A stretch of DNA of 64,000 nt from Alloascoidea hylecoeti (GCA_001600815.1 BCKZ01000033.1:1-64000), one strand, 5' to 3'. Shown: positions 1-12,667, numbered from the stretch's first letter. Numbers and translations are program-made. Notes: a model not told the origin generated them from the sequence alone.

Positions 1-289
1 AATAATAAACTAATTTTAAAATATATGATTATAATTCTTAGGATGCCAGATTTATTCTCGNTATTTTATATATAAATATTTTTAATGGTGAGGTGGAATA
101 ATTTCAATTTCAAGTTATGGATAGGACTGCATAGTCCGTTGTGATTAAGAGAATTGATGCATATATTAACTATGAATATGCTTCACGGCAGCGGAATACA
201 TAGTATGTAAATACGGCATGAGGTTCAGTTTCGCATGTTAGTCAGCACAAATTTCCAAATCATCTAAATATTTATCATTTGTAAATTAC

Positions 290-1415
290 ATTGGTTGTCT
301 CTGTGTTTTACCAACAGCAAAACTTAAACAATCCTCTTCTTTTCTTAATCCTTCTTTTCTCTGTTTGACAACAATGAATTCTTATTAAATAATAGTGATT
401 TTCCTATATGTGCATATTTAGAATGAACATAATTGATTTGCTTCTCAATATCTAAATTCTTTATGATTCTAGAATCATCGATAAATACGAGCAACAGGCT
501 TTAATTCATCCTCATAAACAAGCTAATCTTGTATCTTGTTTTCCCTAATATAGAAACCTAAAATATGAAGTTTTCTAGTAGGGATGACGTGGCTATTCTT
601 AACCAAAACACATCTTATAAAAACGTATTGTTCTCCTAATAATAACTTCATCTTACCCTGGCCATGAATCTTCAATACTTCACCAGAAATGGATGTGATT
701 ATTGGTAAATCTGCTAAATCTTCAGTAAAATCATGAGTATATATACTATTATTCATTATTCTGGGCCTTCTTAATAGGGAAATTCCAATAAATATTATCT
801 AAAGAATCACATTTATAGCATTTACGTAGTTCTTTTCTTTGGTTATAATTCCCTCTATTATATTTATAACCACCACGATTATTACTATTTCTTCCACGAT
901 TTAATTTTGTATTGGTTTGTGTATTAACCTTTCCAATAACAGCTGAATCATTATCTTTGATTGACTCTTCAATATTTAACATCCTATTTAAGATATCCGA
1001 ATGATTCTTACCATTATTACTGTTAATCAAATCATCGGTGATTCTTTCATAAGGACCTGATAATGTACTCAATAATAGTGAATCAGCAATTTCATCGTTC
1101 ATTTCTAATCCGCTACTCTCAAGATTTTGCAAATATTGTTGAAATTTAGTCACACATTTCATAACAGTCTCATCACCATCAAATCTTAAATTGGTGATCT
1201 CTCTTGACAAAATAGGTACCGACTTTTGTAGTGGAATACCTTCTTCAAGTTCACATAACTTGTTAAAGCACCTTTTCTAACATCAATGTAGACTTGTAGA
1301 TCAACCGCTGTTGATCCCAGAAAAATAGTCATCACATTGTCGTGCTCAAGAACTTCTCTTTCTGATAGTTTTTTCTTTAGCTTTCCATTATCTGTTGGGT
1401 TATGGGCTCATCAGT
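290..1415 (-). mobile_element. Decayed Ty1/copia LTR-retrotransposon internal fragment (gag, protease, start of integrase)
   Basis: ORF 749-1210 resembles copia gag (LLLSTLSGPYE, degenerate zinc knuckle CYKCDSLDNIYWNFP). ORF 523-756 resembles copia protease (SGEVLKIHGQGKMKL). Minus-strand remnants YVHSKYAHIGKS (~400-435) and DCLSFAVGKTQR (~300-335) match the integrase HHCC region. Multiple stops and frameshifts; boundaries approximate. Confidence 0.8.
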
Positions 1416-3057
1416 GGCGATGTCCTTGAATTGTTTCGGAGGCATAGTTGGTAATAAATTTATATTATAAAGAACGTGTGTTTTTCTAAAACTAAATAAT
1501 GTGGCAACTCGCTAATATATAAGGGAAAATGAAGATCTTCATAAATATCACCCCATATATATGAAACTATGTAATAACAAAAACTATTCTAATTTAATTA
1601 TATAACTATATATCCAATATTATCCTCATAAAAAGCTGCTCCGTCTGTCATCGAGATATATTTAGCCAGACAATATCTCCGTAAGGTCGACATTACAGCA
1701 TAATCCCACCTTTCAAAAGATGTGTTGTCCTTTCCCATTACTAATTTGGGCAAAGCTCTGATCTTTTCTGTTGAAATTGCCGCACCTACACTAGATGTGC
1801 TTGCAATACCAGCACCACCCTACCATGTTGAATATTAAGGTTTGTGGTTAGTTTATGAAATGAGGCTCGATATTTAGTAGTTATTTCCACTTGTTTTGAT
1901 AGAACAGATATATATACAATAATATACAGATAATAACTATACAGTTCAAAGATGTCAGATCCAAAGGAGGTATTAAGTATTCAACAATATATCATCAATA
2001 TACCTTAGAATATGACTAATATCAATTCCGCAACTTCCACATCTTCTTCTCAAATATTGTAACCAATGCTTATAAAAAGAGATATTTTTAGCAAATCTCA
2101 TATTCATCCATTTGATACAAAAGTGGTTTATAGGATTCCTTTCACTGTGTGTGTGTTAATGGACAAACAATAGGTATATAGTGTAACAGAATAAAAAATA
2201 ATTAATCAATCACTTAAATATCTATTTAAATGAATAGCGATTATTATCTATAATCAGCTGAAATTGGGTTATTACAAACATCTATAATTCGCTTTGAAAT
2301 AAATAAATTGCTGCTTTTTATGTTATTATATTAATCATAAGTGATTTTGGCTACAAATTAGACAATTTCAATGAACAGAGATTATCAGTATTCATTCTAT
2401 TATACTATTGTTACTGGATTAAAAATCAAGGAAATTCTATTAACCTTATCCCAAATGTTTCCTCAATTTTCTTTCGGGACTGATTGTTTGTAATAATTAG
2501 AAGTTTGAGGGTGGAAAACGGGAAGGAGGAACCTAGAAAATCTAAAAATGCCAATATGTCCATTAACTTTTAAGAAGGTGCAGCACAGACTTAACAACCA
2601 CTAGCCATTCTAACCTTATACCTTCCACAGTTATTTTATATCTGGTGTTTGGAGAGTCAAACATAGAAGTGTAAGGATTAAGAAATATCCGACCATGACT
2701 TCTTGTTTTTATAGGCATATTAAAGATAGATTCAAGTTAAAAGACTTGTAATAATATATAAAGAAATAAACTCAAAAATTAATACGTGGACTCTTAAATT
2801 TTTATCGAGGGGATTATATTCTATATATACCATATAAGCTGTTTATATCCGAAAGACCTTTATTTATAATATAATTAAAGGATGATGTCTAGATAAAAGT
2901 TAAAAGACCCCAGGTTCATAACATGTGCAACAAGGAGGAGATATAAGAAGTTTCTAGTCACACTTAAGATGAAGGATCTCACGGTTAAGAGTGAGTGCGG
3001 ATGAGAGCTATTTAAAACAAAAAATGGTTAACAATATTCTTGTAAAATCGCGGATCT

Positions 3058-3525
3058 ACTCCCTCACCCTGCGCTAAATAATTTCCATATGTAACGCTAA
3101 ATATTTATCTAAAATATAGCGAATTATATGTTACAAAATAACTAACTATATTCTGCACATAGCGCAAATTAAAATTTTCTAAAGGGACTAATTATTAATG
3201 CCAACTCATCGGTTAAATAATTTCACAAAATGGCGCTAATAAATTTACAGTCCATTAGCTAAGTAAATTTTTGAATAAAACGCCTACTTGTAGCTAATTA
3301 ATTGCCAGAAATAGAACTACCAAATTTTTCTATCATAAGTTACAGGCGATAAATAATTTTCTCTAAGATCACTAATTAATGATTATAAGACATTTTAATT
3401 AGCTTCCAAAAGGAGGCTAATTAATTTATGAAGTTAACACCAATTAACTCCCAGACACATATCTAATTATTATTGAAATTAGTGCTACTAATAATGTAGG
3501 TGGAAATATTACTTAAGGGAGGGTA
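3058..3525. mobile_element. MITE-like or dispersed repeat with internal ~22 bp subrepeats
   Basis: Motif like (a/g)gcgctaa(a/t)taattt recurs about every 22 bp (3071, 3093, 3116, 3138, 3159, 3184, 3211, 3232, 3256...). Imperfect terminal inverted similarity tactccctc.../...gggagggta. The part 3349-3490 aligns with 16186-16315. Confidence 0.55.
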
Positions 3526-3595
3526 ATAATGCCTCACAAATCTTATTCTTTTAGTAGTTGGAGTATATTAATTAATATAGACAACTAATCACAAA

Positions 3596-4712
3596 ATGTC
3601 AGCAAACACATTTTCAACTCAAAAATATTATCAGGACTTCAAATTAAACATAAAAGGTATTTGAAAATAAATGTTTAATAATTTCAATTTCATTGTAATT
3701 ACTAACTAACTTATATAGAATTGGAATTATCAATCTCAAATCTCTCTGTAAAATCAACAAAAGACACAATATTAAAGTTGAAGTTAAAGATTTCTGATTT
3801 ACAAGTTGAAATACGAGATAAGATATCTTCAGGCCAATTGCCAAGCTATGATCAAAGGATATATTCGGAGGTATTTCTTTTCGTTTAAGGGCACATTTAT
3901 AGCTGTTTACTAATAATCAATAGCAAGTGAATAGGCTATATGAACTATTAGAACAAAAACGAACCGAAAGGGGATCTAAATTTTCATTTAAGACACGACA
4001 CAAAGCCCAAATTCAACCATCAGCAAATGTAGTAGCAGATGCCAATACAATTCCAAAAGATAATGCATCATCAAAAAAGGAGAATAATCACCAATTCATA
4101 ATGGAAAATCGTGAATCAACAATAATAACACCAAAAGATCTTCCAATAGTCTCTGCTCCCATCTTTCTTACCAATATTTCAAATACGATAATATACCTTC
4201 CAAACTCAAGTTTAAATTTTTCGCCAGATTCACCATCAAATTTATCAATAGCAACGAATTTAACCTTAACTAATATTTCTAACTCCATTATCCTAGTTCA
4301 AGATATATCTGGTACATTATTTGCAACAAATTTAAAAAATTGTTTAATAGTTTCTTCAAGTCACCAGGTTCGTCTACATCAATGTGAAAATTGTATTTTA
4401 ATTCTTGGTATAAGAGCAAAAAGAGGCATTCTAGAAGATTCAAGTCGATTAAAATGTTGTCAATACATCAACTTTTGGAAGAAAAATAATATTGTTGATT
4501 ATAATGTTGAAGAAAATAAGTGGGATACATGGGATGATTTCAATTGGTTAAACAATGATATTGAAAGTCCTAATTGGGAATCAATTGAATCTGATGTTAC
4601 TTTTAAGGGTATTTTGAAAACGAATTTAATTGAAATTGAAAGTATGATATTAAATAATGAAGAATCTAAAAACATCTTTCGCAAGCTATCAGAAATTTTA
4701 CTTTTAATCTAA
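3596..4712 (+). CDS. CIN2: Tubulin-folding cofactor C (TBCC), 3 exons: 3596-3656, 3719-3870, 3924-4712
   Basis: C-terminal TBCC domain (SSHQVRLHQCENC, ILEDS, NKWDTWDDFNWL...SPNW). Splicing GTATTT..TACTAAC..TAG and GTATTT..TACTAAT..TAG restores an N-terminus containing LPSYDQR in frame. Confidence 0.85.
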
Positions 4713-5092
4713 CTGCTTGACCCAGCATCTTAAGTTTTAAACACAAATTTGTTCCAGCTTAGTTATAATGACAAGTAGTTACTATGATTATAAGTGAAAT
4801 ACTAATATGAGAGCTAAGGTCATAAAATAATATTGACTATTAATTATACACCTGCTTTATGTGAAATTTTAACTCGGTCATGACCATGATTATATGTGAT
4901 CATGACCCCAGATTGTATGTAAATGTTAATATGCCTATATAAATGGATATGATTATATTCGGCTTCACCCAACCTTCATGTTAAAGATGGCTTTTGAGGT
5001 ATATTCGAATCATGTTGTAATGTCACTAATATTCCCATAACACCTTTTACAATGGGGGGTTAATATATTAATGTAAGGTCGAGATCTGTGTA

Positions 5093-6276
5093 TTAATGAT
5101 TTCCTCGTATTACACGCTTCGAATATGCTGCAAAGTTTTCACTATTATTAACCATATCATGTAAACTTGGTTGACAAAAAACAGCAAGAGTATTTCTACA
5201 AACACTTTTCAATCGAGGTTTTTTTGGAGATATTCCTTTAACCAGATGAGGTACTGCTTTAAACTGATCATGTGTGATCTCCTGTAGAGCTGATCCTGTT
5301 TGAAAAGCTAGACAATCCCGTGGTATATTCACTTGTTTAATAATACCGTGTCTGTCTTTAATGTAAAGACCAGAGTCAGGGTCAGGATTCTCTTCTAGTT
5401 CGCTATAAGATGAATAATCAAACGGGTTTGTAACATCACTATTATCCAAAAACATATTTGATGTCAAAGCGGTAAGACAAGAATGATCCAAATGCTCCCC
5501 ACACCAATCACCTCCATCATCGTCATTTGGATGATCATCTGTATAATCAAAAGTCTCGGAAAGTGGGAAATAATGTAATAACCTTGCTTTTGTAGTTGTA
5601 GAATTTGAAACTATTTTTTCTAGATAATTTGGAGTATAACCATCAATTTTATCAACCACATATCTATCACAGGCTTTTGCAACAATAGTAGCTACATCGA
5701 TCATCAAGTTGCATAGTTTTTTCATATCCGATTCAAAATCTTCAAAAGCAGATTTAATTTCATTCGAGCCCTTATCTCCACTAATATCTTCTAAAACTGA
5801 TAAGGGCCATTTATTTTCTGTTGTATAACCTATGTGTTCTTCAAATCCAATAATTTCTTCCTTGGGTGGTCCTTCAAAAGACGGATCTTTGTGGAATGCA
5901 CAGTTCACATAGTAAGATCCCTTGAATATATCGAGTTGGTTATTTTTGAGTTTTTCCCGACCTCTAGACCACCCTACTAGCCAATAACCCTCTGGAACTT
6001 CTAATTCTGCTAATCTTTCAGGTCCTAAGCTTGATAGTATCGAAGCGGATTTCAAAACCCTTTCTCGTAGTTTTGAATATTCAGCTGGGAGATCTAATAG
6101 TAATAATAAATGTTAATAGATTAACTATGAATTCTTTCGTGTAAAAAGCTTGAAACAATATTACCTCTCACAACGATAATACCCAGTGAATGAGGGCCAA
6201 AAGCATCTGGAAAACGTTGATCTGCGGCACCGGACTGCAAATCAGGAAAAGAAATAATAATTGGATCGCTCGTCAT
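5093..6276 (-). CDS. 2-oxoglutarate/Fe(II)-dependent dioxygenase (isopenicillin N synthase/clavaminate synthase-like); intron 6094-6164
   Basis: HxD (EHLDHS), distal His (VPHLV) and RxT (RNT) motifs. Intron GTAATA..TAG joins MTSDPIIISF...GIIVVR to DLPAEYSKLRERVL in frame. Confidence 0.85.
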
Positions 6277-7358
6277 CGAAGGTTGATAATATATTGAAAG
6301 TTTTAAGATAATCTCAAATATTTTGACGGAGAGCAAAATTCAGATCCGGAGGTGTCGTAAATCTTATTTTCCTTTTGTGATTTATCTTATCTTTCAAACT
6401 GTTTCGATTATAAACCATCCACCCATTATATATTATTGGTGCTGCTGAAGTAGATTTATTTGAGTCTTCACTCAACGACATATTAGATTATATTATCCTG
6501 CTTTTTTCTACGTAGGAAATCTGTATCATATATATATAACTGTGTAAATCAATGGTGTGATCAAAGAATAACCTTCACCATATATAACTAAAACAATTAA
6601 AACTCATATAAAAACAATAACATAAAACTTATTTAATACACCAATCACTCTACTAACTAACCATCCAATATAAATTATGCCTCACGACAATAGTATTCCA
6701 GATTCCTTGACTTTGAAAATGGAGCATTAAAATTTTTGAAATAGCGATCTTATATGTATTACAGTTGGTTGTTCTTGTAATTGATTATCAATCTTGTTTA
6801 CGTTGTTCGTTATGTTTCATACAGAAATCAATTTACGTTCCAATATCAATTAGTTAGCCTATAAATATCATCTAAAAGAAATTAAGATATGATTAATGGA
6901 TCGTAACATAAACTTGCAATTGATTGAATGTGATTCAATTTGGTTATCAGTCACACGCTTATTGTTACGCCAAGTGAGCAGAAAGACAGGTACCTGATCA
7001 TGGCTGTAACAAGTATTCAAACATCGTAGAGTAGACTCATAATATTGTCGATCAATCGACAGTGTTGACGACATCTAGAAGCACAGAATAAACACGTCCC
7101 CTGTAAAACGATTTCATCTCATAAAACACACACACAAATATCAAACAATCTTTAATAGATTCATCATCCAGAAGATCACATTCGTTACAATAGCGGTTGA
7201 GTCCCCACACCATCGTAGTATCAGCATTCTAACATTTTCCCAACTTTTCAAATAGCTCATGTACAAATCAGACTTCGCCTCATTCATGTAGTATCGGCCT
7301 GTTCGTGGAATATTTCATGTTTCAACTTGAATAACAGAAAAATCAGTAAAATAAAATC

Positions 7359-7385
7359 GGCTCATAACCCGTTACGCCAAGTAGA
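7359..7385 (-). mobile_element. Ty5/copia-type LTR end plus primer-binding-site remnant
   Basis: Minus strand reads ...ACTTGGCGTAACG GGTTATGAGCC, complementary to the anticodon arm of initiator tRNA-Met. GTTACGCCAAGT is repeated at 6964-6975. Confidence 0.45.
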
Positions 7386-8277
7386 TAGGAAGATTGGAGA
7401 AGAATTATTACCGGTATAACTTTATTTGGTATAACATATAACACATTAATTCTTTAAATATGACCCAAAAATCTATATCACAACAAAAATTCAATGTTCA
7501 ATCATTATAATTAAAGACCTTATAATTATAAATTTAAGTTAAATGAATCCTTTTAATGAAAACATAATTGCACTTCCAAATTTATCTTAATGTATATATG
7601 GAATCTGAGAGTTGGAGTGGATTATCTTTCAACGTTCGATAATGTTGAACTTATAATTTAAGCGGGGAACATTCCAAAAATAGAAAGTAAATAAATTTCA
7701 AACGAATGTATCCCATTAAAAGATATATAATGTATGTATAAACATTAATTGAAATTGCAAATTAGGTATAACTTATGATTTGAGAATTAAACTTAAATGG
7801 AATGCTTTAATTATATAAGGAAGGAATATATAATTGAATTTTAAAGTAGTTAACGTTAATAAGGGAATAGGATAATCCTAATGTATAAGATTAAATATTA
7901 GAGGGGATATTAATAATAATGCACATAAGCCGTGTAGGAGATTGTAATTAAGTCAAGTCAAGAACAACATAATGAAAAAGAACAATAAAAGTAGAAAGTA
8001 TCTAAGTTTGTTTTTTAAAAAAGAAAAAAGAAAAAGAAAAGTAACAAGATCAGATCAAAAAAGAAAAAAAACAGTTTATATATTTGAGTTTTAAATCATT
8101 TATTCGATTCACCCGGAATTAGAGTCATGATTTCATTTATTATTATAATGAACTTTAGATGACAGATGTTATTGATAATGAGATTCGAATGAATTTTTGT
8201 CATATTTTAAAAATTACCAAACTCATTTACATAAATTTTCAATCTATTAGCCCATGTTTTCTTGCGTCTCCTTGTTT

Positions 8278-9168
8278 TTACCTTACACCAATAACCGATA
8301 ACTCTAATGTCCATACTCGTCTAATATGAACTTTAACATTTGAAACACCTTCAACATCATCTAAAGTAACCATTTGATTTGACCACCAACATTTCCTTGC
8401 AGGTTTTCTCCAAAAAAGTAATAATTTATGTGAAATCCCCGGTGTATTTGATTCTGCTTCATCGTGTTGTAAAGGTACTAAAGATAAACTTGTTATGACG
8501 GTTTTATCCGGTTCGCAATGTCTTGACCCCCACTTCCCACTGATATCAAAACCTGAAGCACATAACATTTCAATTAAATGTTGTTCAGCAGGCCCCAATC
8601 TATTTGTGCTTGAGTTATCATGATTTAAACCATCGAAAACAAGATTTTGTTTTTCCAGCATTTTTCCGACTTTTCTTTTTATATTTTTCATTTCTTCTTG
8701 TGTCATTTTTGGGTGTGGAGAAATGACATAATAATCCAAATCCTCCCGTAACACGACTATAGCAGGTCTACCACTTAAAACATCTAAATCATTTTCGTTT
8801 TCAGACTGGACCGGCATTTCCATAGTTAAAGTTTTATCAGCAGCATCTCTAAAAGTTTGTAAAACATATTCTAGGCCCTCAGGTTCAAAAGCCACAAAGG
8901 CAACATCTTCTTCCGTAAGATTTGTAATGACATTACCATAATAATCGACGAAAACACCTTGTGGAAATAGACATAATAAGATACTTTCGGGTAGTGACAT
9001 AAGTTCATCACGAGTGATTGTAAAAGGCACACCACGAACATCGAGGTGAATGTTGCTAGCGTAGTCGAAGGATTCATATTGCTGTTGGTCTTCGTATCCC
9101 ACTTGGGGCACGCCTTGAGAGCCATCGGCCGATACTTGGGTAATGATATCTGAGGTTTGGATGGACAT
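8278..9168 (-). CDS. WHI2: Whi2 general stress/growth regulator (BTB-like)
   Basis: IHLDVRG..F.ITRDELMSLPESILLCLFP, LLLFWRKPARKCWW and C-terminal HIRRVWTLELSVIG signatures. First ATG at 9168 (MSIQTSD). Confidence 0.93.
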   Translation of the reverse strand: MSIQTSDIITQVSADGSQGVPQVGYEDQQQYESFDYASNIHLDVRGVPFTITRDELMSLPESILLCLFPQGVFVDYYGNVITNLTEEDVAFVAFEPEGLEYVLQTFRDAADKTLTMEMPVQSENENDLDVLSGRPAIVVLREDLDYYVISPHPKMTQEEMKNIKRKVGKMLEKQNLVFDGLNHDNSSTNRLGPAEQHLIEMLCASGFDISGKWGSRHCEPDKTVITSLSLVPLQHDEAESNTPGISHKLLLFWRKPARKCWWSNQMVTLDDVEGVSNVKVHIRRVWTLELSVIGVR

Positions 9169-9648
9169 GAATACAAAGGGCTCGGGTTGTGAGTGAGACA
9201 CTGGGTGAGTATGAGGAACGCATTTTTTGGTATGTGTAGAAAAAGCACTTCTCAGGGCGTACGGGTGTTTTCTGTCTGGATCCCAGTTTTGCAATTAATG
9301 AGAATGCAATGCAATATACGACTATCAGTAAAATTTAAGTTGTTTTTAGTTAATTATCGATATTCTCAAGATTAAATTATTGCTGTAAATGAAGTTTATA
9401 GACTTTTAGTCAAATGCTTGTGAGTTCATCTCAATCACACTGTAAATCTAGTGTTGTGTAGCAAAGTATTCCGAGTAATGAAACCAAATGAGTAATATAG
9501 GTCATGTGATGGTGTATTATGTCATACACCCATACACACATACACCCCTGTTCCTTCCTATCCTAGCAAATATTTACGAGACGATACGAAACTGTACGCC
9601 GTGTGTTAAAAATAATACTCTTCACACTGCCAAGGCACCCCCGTCAAC

Positions 9649-10500
9649 ATGAAAATATCAATACTTCACACTATATTTTTCTCTTTATTTGTTTTTCTGG
9701 TAAGGGCTGATGTTACTATAAATAAACCAGAGGCGGGCGCAACCTTCACTGCTGGTTCAAAAGTCACGGTCGATTGGGACGATGATGGTAAATTACCCGA
9801 TGTCGACACAGCAAAAACATATTCCTTTGTATTATTAACAGGAACAAATGCTCTAATGAAGCAGGTAGCTCTATTAGATCAGGAAGTTCCTGCAACAAAT
9901 TTTGCTAAGTCCCTCGAATACACTTTCACAGCAACCCCAACGTTTGGAACGAGTGGACTTTATTTTGTTCAAATAGTCGCCAACTACAAAGATCGTTTTA
10001 CACTTCATTATTCTGGAAGATTTTTTCTTACTGGGATGACAGGAACAACAATCACTGCTACTGGTATTGTAGATCAACAGGCAACACCTCAAACTTCCCT
10101 TCTGGGTGGAAAAAATGATGATGCCCCAACTGGAACAACTGGACTTGACCTTGCTGTTGTCTCGAGGTCCATGACTGTTCCATATATTTTGCAAACAGGC
10201 TTATCAAGGTATGCTCCTATGCAAGTACAGCCAGGCACAAAAGTAACTGCAACAACATGGACTAGAAAACATCCAACTAGTTCAGTGAGTTATTTTACGG
10301 CTCTTGTACCATCTCCAGCTTGTATTTCGACAGTTACACCTGGATGGGACTATATTATCACCTCTGCTATGAATTGGGCATCTCCTGCCCCAGCTCCTTC
10401 AGAAGCTGGTGGTTGGTATTCTCCAGGAGCACGTATAACTAGTAGGCCAACTCTTAAAAGCAGGGTTAATCTCAAAAAAAAAAGATGGATTGACTACTAA
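9649..10500 (+). CDS. KRE9: Secreted beta-1,6-glucan synthesis protein, Kre9/Knh1 family
   Basis: Signal peptide. HYSGRFFLTGMTG and VPYILQTGLSRYAPMQVQPGTKVTATTWTRKHPTSSVSY match the Kre9 C-terminal signature. Confidence 0.92.
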   Translation: MKISILHTIFFSLFVFLVRADVTINKPEAGATFTAGSKVTVDWDDDGKLPDVDTAKTYSFVLLTGTNALMKQVALLDQEVPATNFAKSLEYTFTATPTFGTSGLYFVQIVANYKDRFTLHYSGRFFLTGMTGTTITATGIVDQQATPQTSLLGGKNDDAPTGTTGLDLAVVSRSMTVPYILQTGLSRYAPMQVQPGTKVTATTWTRKHPTSSVSYFTALVPSPACISTVTPGWDYIITSAMNWASPAPAPSEAGGWYSPGARITSRPTLKSRVNLKKKRWIDY

Positions 10501-10795
10501 ACTTCTAGCTATATGAAATCAAAATCTCTGGTCATATAAAGCCTTTCTCGCAATTGCATATGCATATTTTTTCATTTAAAGACATGGGCACAATGGTTAC
10601 ATTTTAAAACTTCATAATTATAATCTTTGTTCAAATGTATCGGGGATAGTTTATATAATTAGATATTCATATTTGATGTTAATTATTAGCTTTTTTTATA
10701 ACAATTCTTTTTTTTATCTATTATAATATATATATTATTATTGGTTTTGTACTTATAATGTACACATTTATTTCTAAGTAAAGAATATTGAAAAT

Positions 10796-12667
10796 TTATT
10801 CTGATCTCTTTTTTTCATCTAAATATTTTTCAAATACCGGATTCTCAGTAAACTTAAGACCAGTAAAAAGTCCAGTTTGAGAATCATTTTTATATAAAAA
10901 ATCTAATTCACAAAATTTTGGCCAAGAAACATATTGAAGACCGTTTTTGGTAATATAAAATAATGAATTGAAAAATGCAAATAAACATCCAATTTTAATA
11001 AATGAATTTGCTTTTGTTGGTAATGTTGGATTTGGATATATACTAACAGATAAAAATAAAATAACTGAAAGTAATGTAATATATGGCATACTTCGAGTTA
11101 TTATTGGTCTTGAGTCTTCAAATGGTGAATTATGTTCAAATGGTAAATAATTTCCTAAAATTAAATCAAAACCATCTTGTCTAATATCATCCTTGAAATT
11201 ATTCTTCCAATATCTTGAAATTGAATTTAATAAATCATTCAAACCACCTAAAATTGTTCTTTTTCCAGTACGAGTGAAATCAGTTTTTAAAGCACCAGTC
11301 CCAGAATATGCAAGACTAACTGAATTTCCGTTATCTGCCCATTCGTTCCTAAAAATCGATTCAATTGGCGAATATTTAGATATATCATCATCTATTGGTA
11401 TTACTCCCGATTCCGATAACTGAGTTGATAACACAACACGAGCTAAAGTACCCTGAACAACATTCGTTCTATCAAGACAATCCATACAATTTGTTCTAAC
11501 AATTGTTTCTTGAGTCCTTAATACTTGAACATTGGTCGAGTTTTGTGATGATATTTCATGATAATAATCGCTTGTTGTAAAGCCAAGCCCCCGTAATGTA
11601 TCGAGTAATTTATAAACATTGTTCCACTTCATCTTACGACACTCATTATGAAAATTAAAATAAATATAAGCCAATTTCCCAGACTCAGTTAAATCTAGAT
11701 TTTGTACAGCCTGTTCATAAGCCTCTTTTACAGGTAGTTCATGGCCTTTATTATCAACTAGATTAACAAGATAATTTTTCCCATATGTATTAATTTGTTC
11801 AGTAAAATGTTTTCTTGCTGCCTCACCAGGTGATGCACTTGATATTTTTAAATGTGGCTTATATTTTAAATTATTAATCTCAGCCCAATAGATAGGAACA
11901 CTTCCACGGGTTTGAACAAAACTTTTAACTTCATAATCATTATTAATATTATTATGTGAATTGTTTATTATTAACATTTGTTCAGTTTCATTGAAATTTG
12001 CTACATTTCCATTATAATCAATACCTCTTCTAAAATATCTTGTTCCTGCTCGATATTTACTTCTCCGACTAATAATCGCAAACGTAATATTATGACCATT
12101 TAATGATAAATTTGAAATCCCGACAAAACCATAAATGACAGGCAAAATAAAATCATTTATCAAAGATTCCAATTGACTACGTTCAATTAAATCACTTAAA
12201 ATAAATCTATTCCAAAAGAATTTATCATCAGCAAACTTCCAACTATTTCCACTCCGTTTATTTCGTTGTAAAGAATTTGTAACATCAAACGTATATGAAA
12301 AATATAGTGGGGCTTGATCTAAATGTTGTTTTAACAGTTTTAAATGTTCTTCTTCAATTAGTTTATCGTGAATTGTTTGAGGGTTATGAAGTGGTAGGCA
12401 AGTATACTCAATTACTTTATGGATTGCATGGTTTTTTAAACGTCCGATTTCCTTTGATTTTGTAGCTAGTATTAAGTACTTTCCCAATCGCAACCGAATA
12501 ATTCCAAGAATTCCAGATACTGGTTTAACACCATATGAAGGGAAATATTCTTCTTTTTGTGTTAAAGATGGACCATCCAAATTAATTTTCAGGATTGACC
12601 CACTGCCAGACTGACTTTTGAAATAATATGATCTATTGGTTTGAGAAAACAACAACGGTGAAGACAT
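10796..12667 (-). CDS. SAC1: Phosphatidylinositol-4-phosphate phosphatase Sac1
   Basis: RAGTRYFRRG, ANFNETEQ, QTRGSVP, catalytic RTNCMDCLDRTNVVQ, two C-terminal TM segments. First ATG at 12667. Confidence 0.96.
   Translation of the reverse strand: MSSPLLFSQTNRSYYFKSQSGSGSILKINLDGPSLTQKEEYFPSYGVKPVSGILGIIRLRLGKYLILATKSKEIGRLKNHAIHKVIEYTCLPLHNPQTIHDKLIEEEHLKLLKQHLDQAPLYFSYTFDVTNSLQRNKRSGNSWKFADDKFFWNRFILSDLIERSQLESLINDFILPVIYGFVGISNLSLNGHNITFAIISRRSKYRAGTRYFRRGIDYNGNVANFNETEQMLIINNSHNNINNDYEVKSFVQTRGSVPIYWAEINNLKYKPHLKISSASPGEAARKHFTEQINTYGKNYLVNLVDNKGHELPVKEAYEQAVQNLDLTESGKLAYIYFNFHNECRKMKWNNVYKLLDTLRGLGFTTSDYYHEISSQNSTNVQVLRTQETIVRTNCMDCLDRTNVVQGTLARVVLSTQLSESGVIPIDDDISKYSPIESIFRNEWADNGNSVSLAYSGTGALKTDFTRTGKRTILGGLNDLLNSISRYWKNNFKDDIRQDGFDLILGNYLPFEHNSPFEDSRPIITRSMPYITLLSVILFLSVSIYPNPTLPTKANSFIKIGCLFAFFNSLFYITKNGLQYVSWPKFCELDFLYKNDSQTGLFTGLKFTENPVFEKYLDEKKRSE

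Noticed and set aside
1385..1445. Possible hammerhead ribozyme on the minus strand (GAAAC ... CTGATGAG)
   Set aside because: Stems II and III cannot be formed convincingly and no NUH cleavage triplet is correctly placed; better explained as a degenerate PBS.
1895..1915. TATCTGTTCT match to U2 snRNA on the minus strand
   Set aside because: Only 10 nt; the branch-pairing GTGTAG and flanking U2 sequence are absent.
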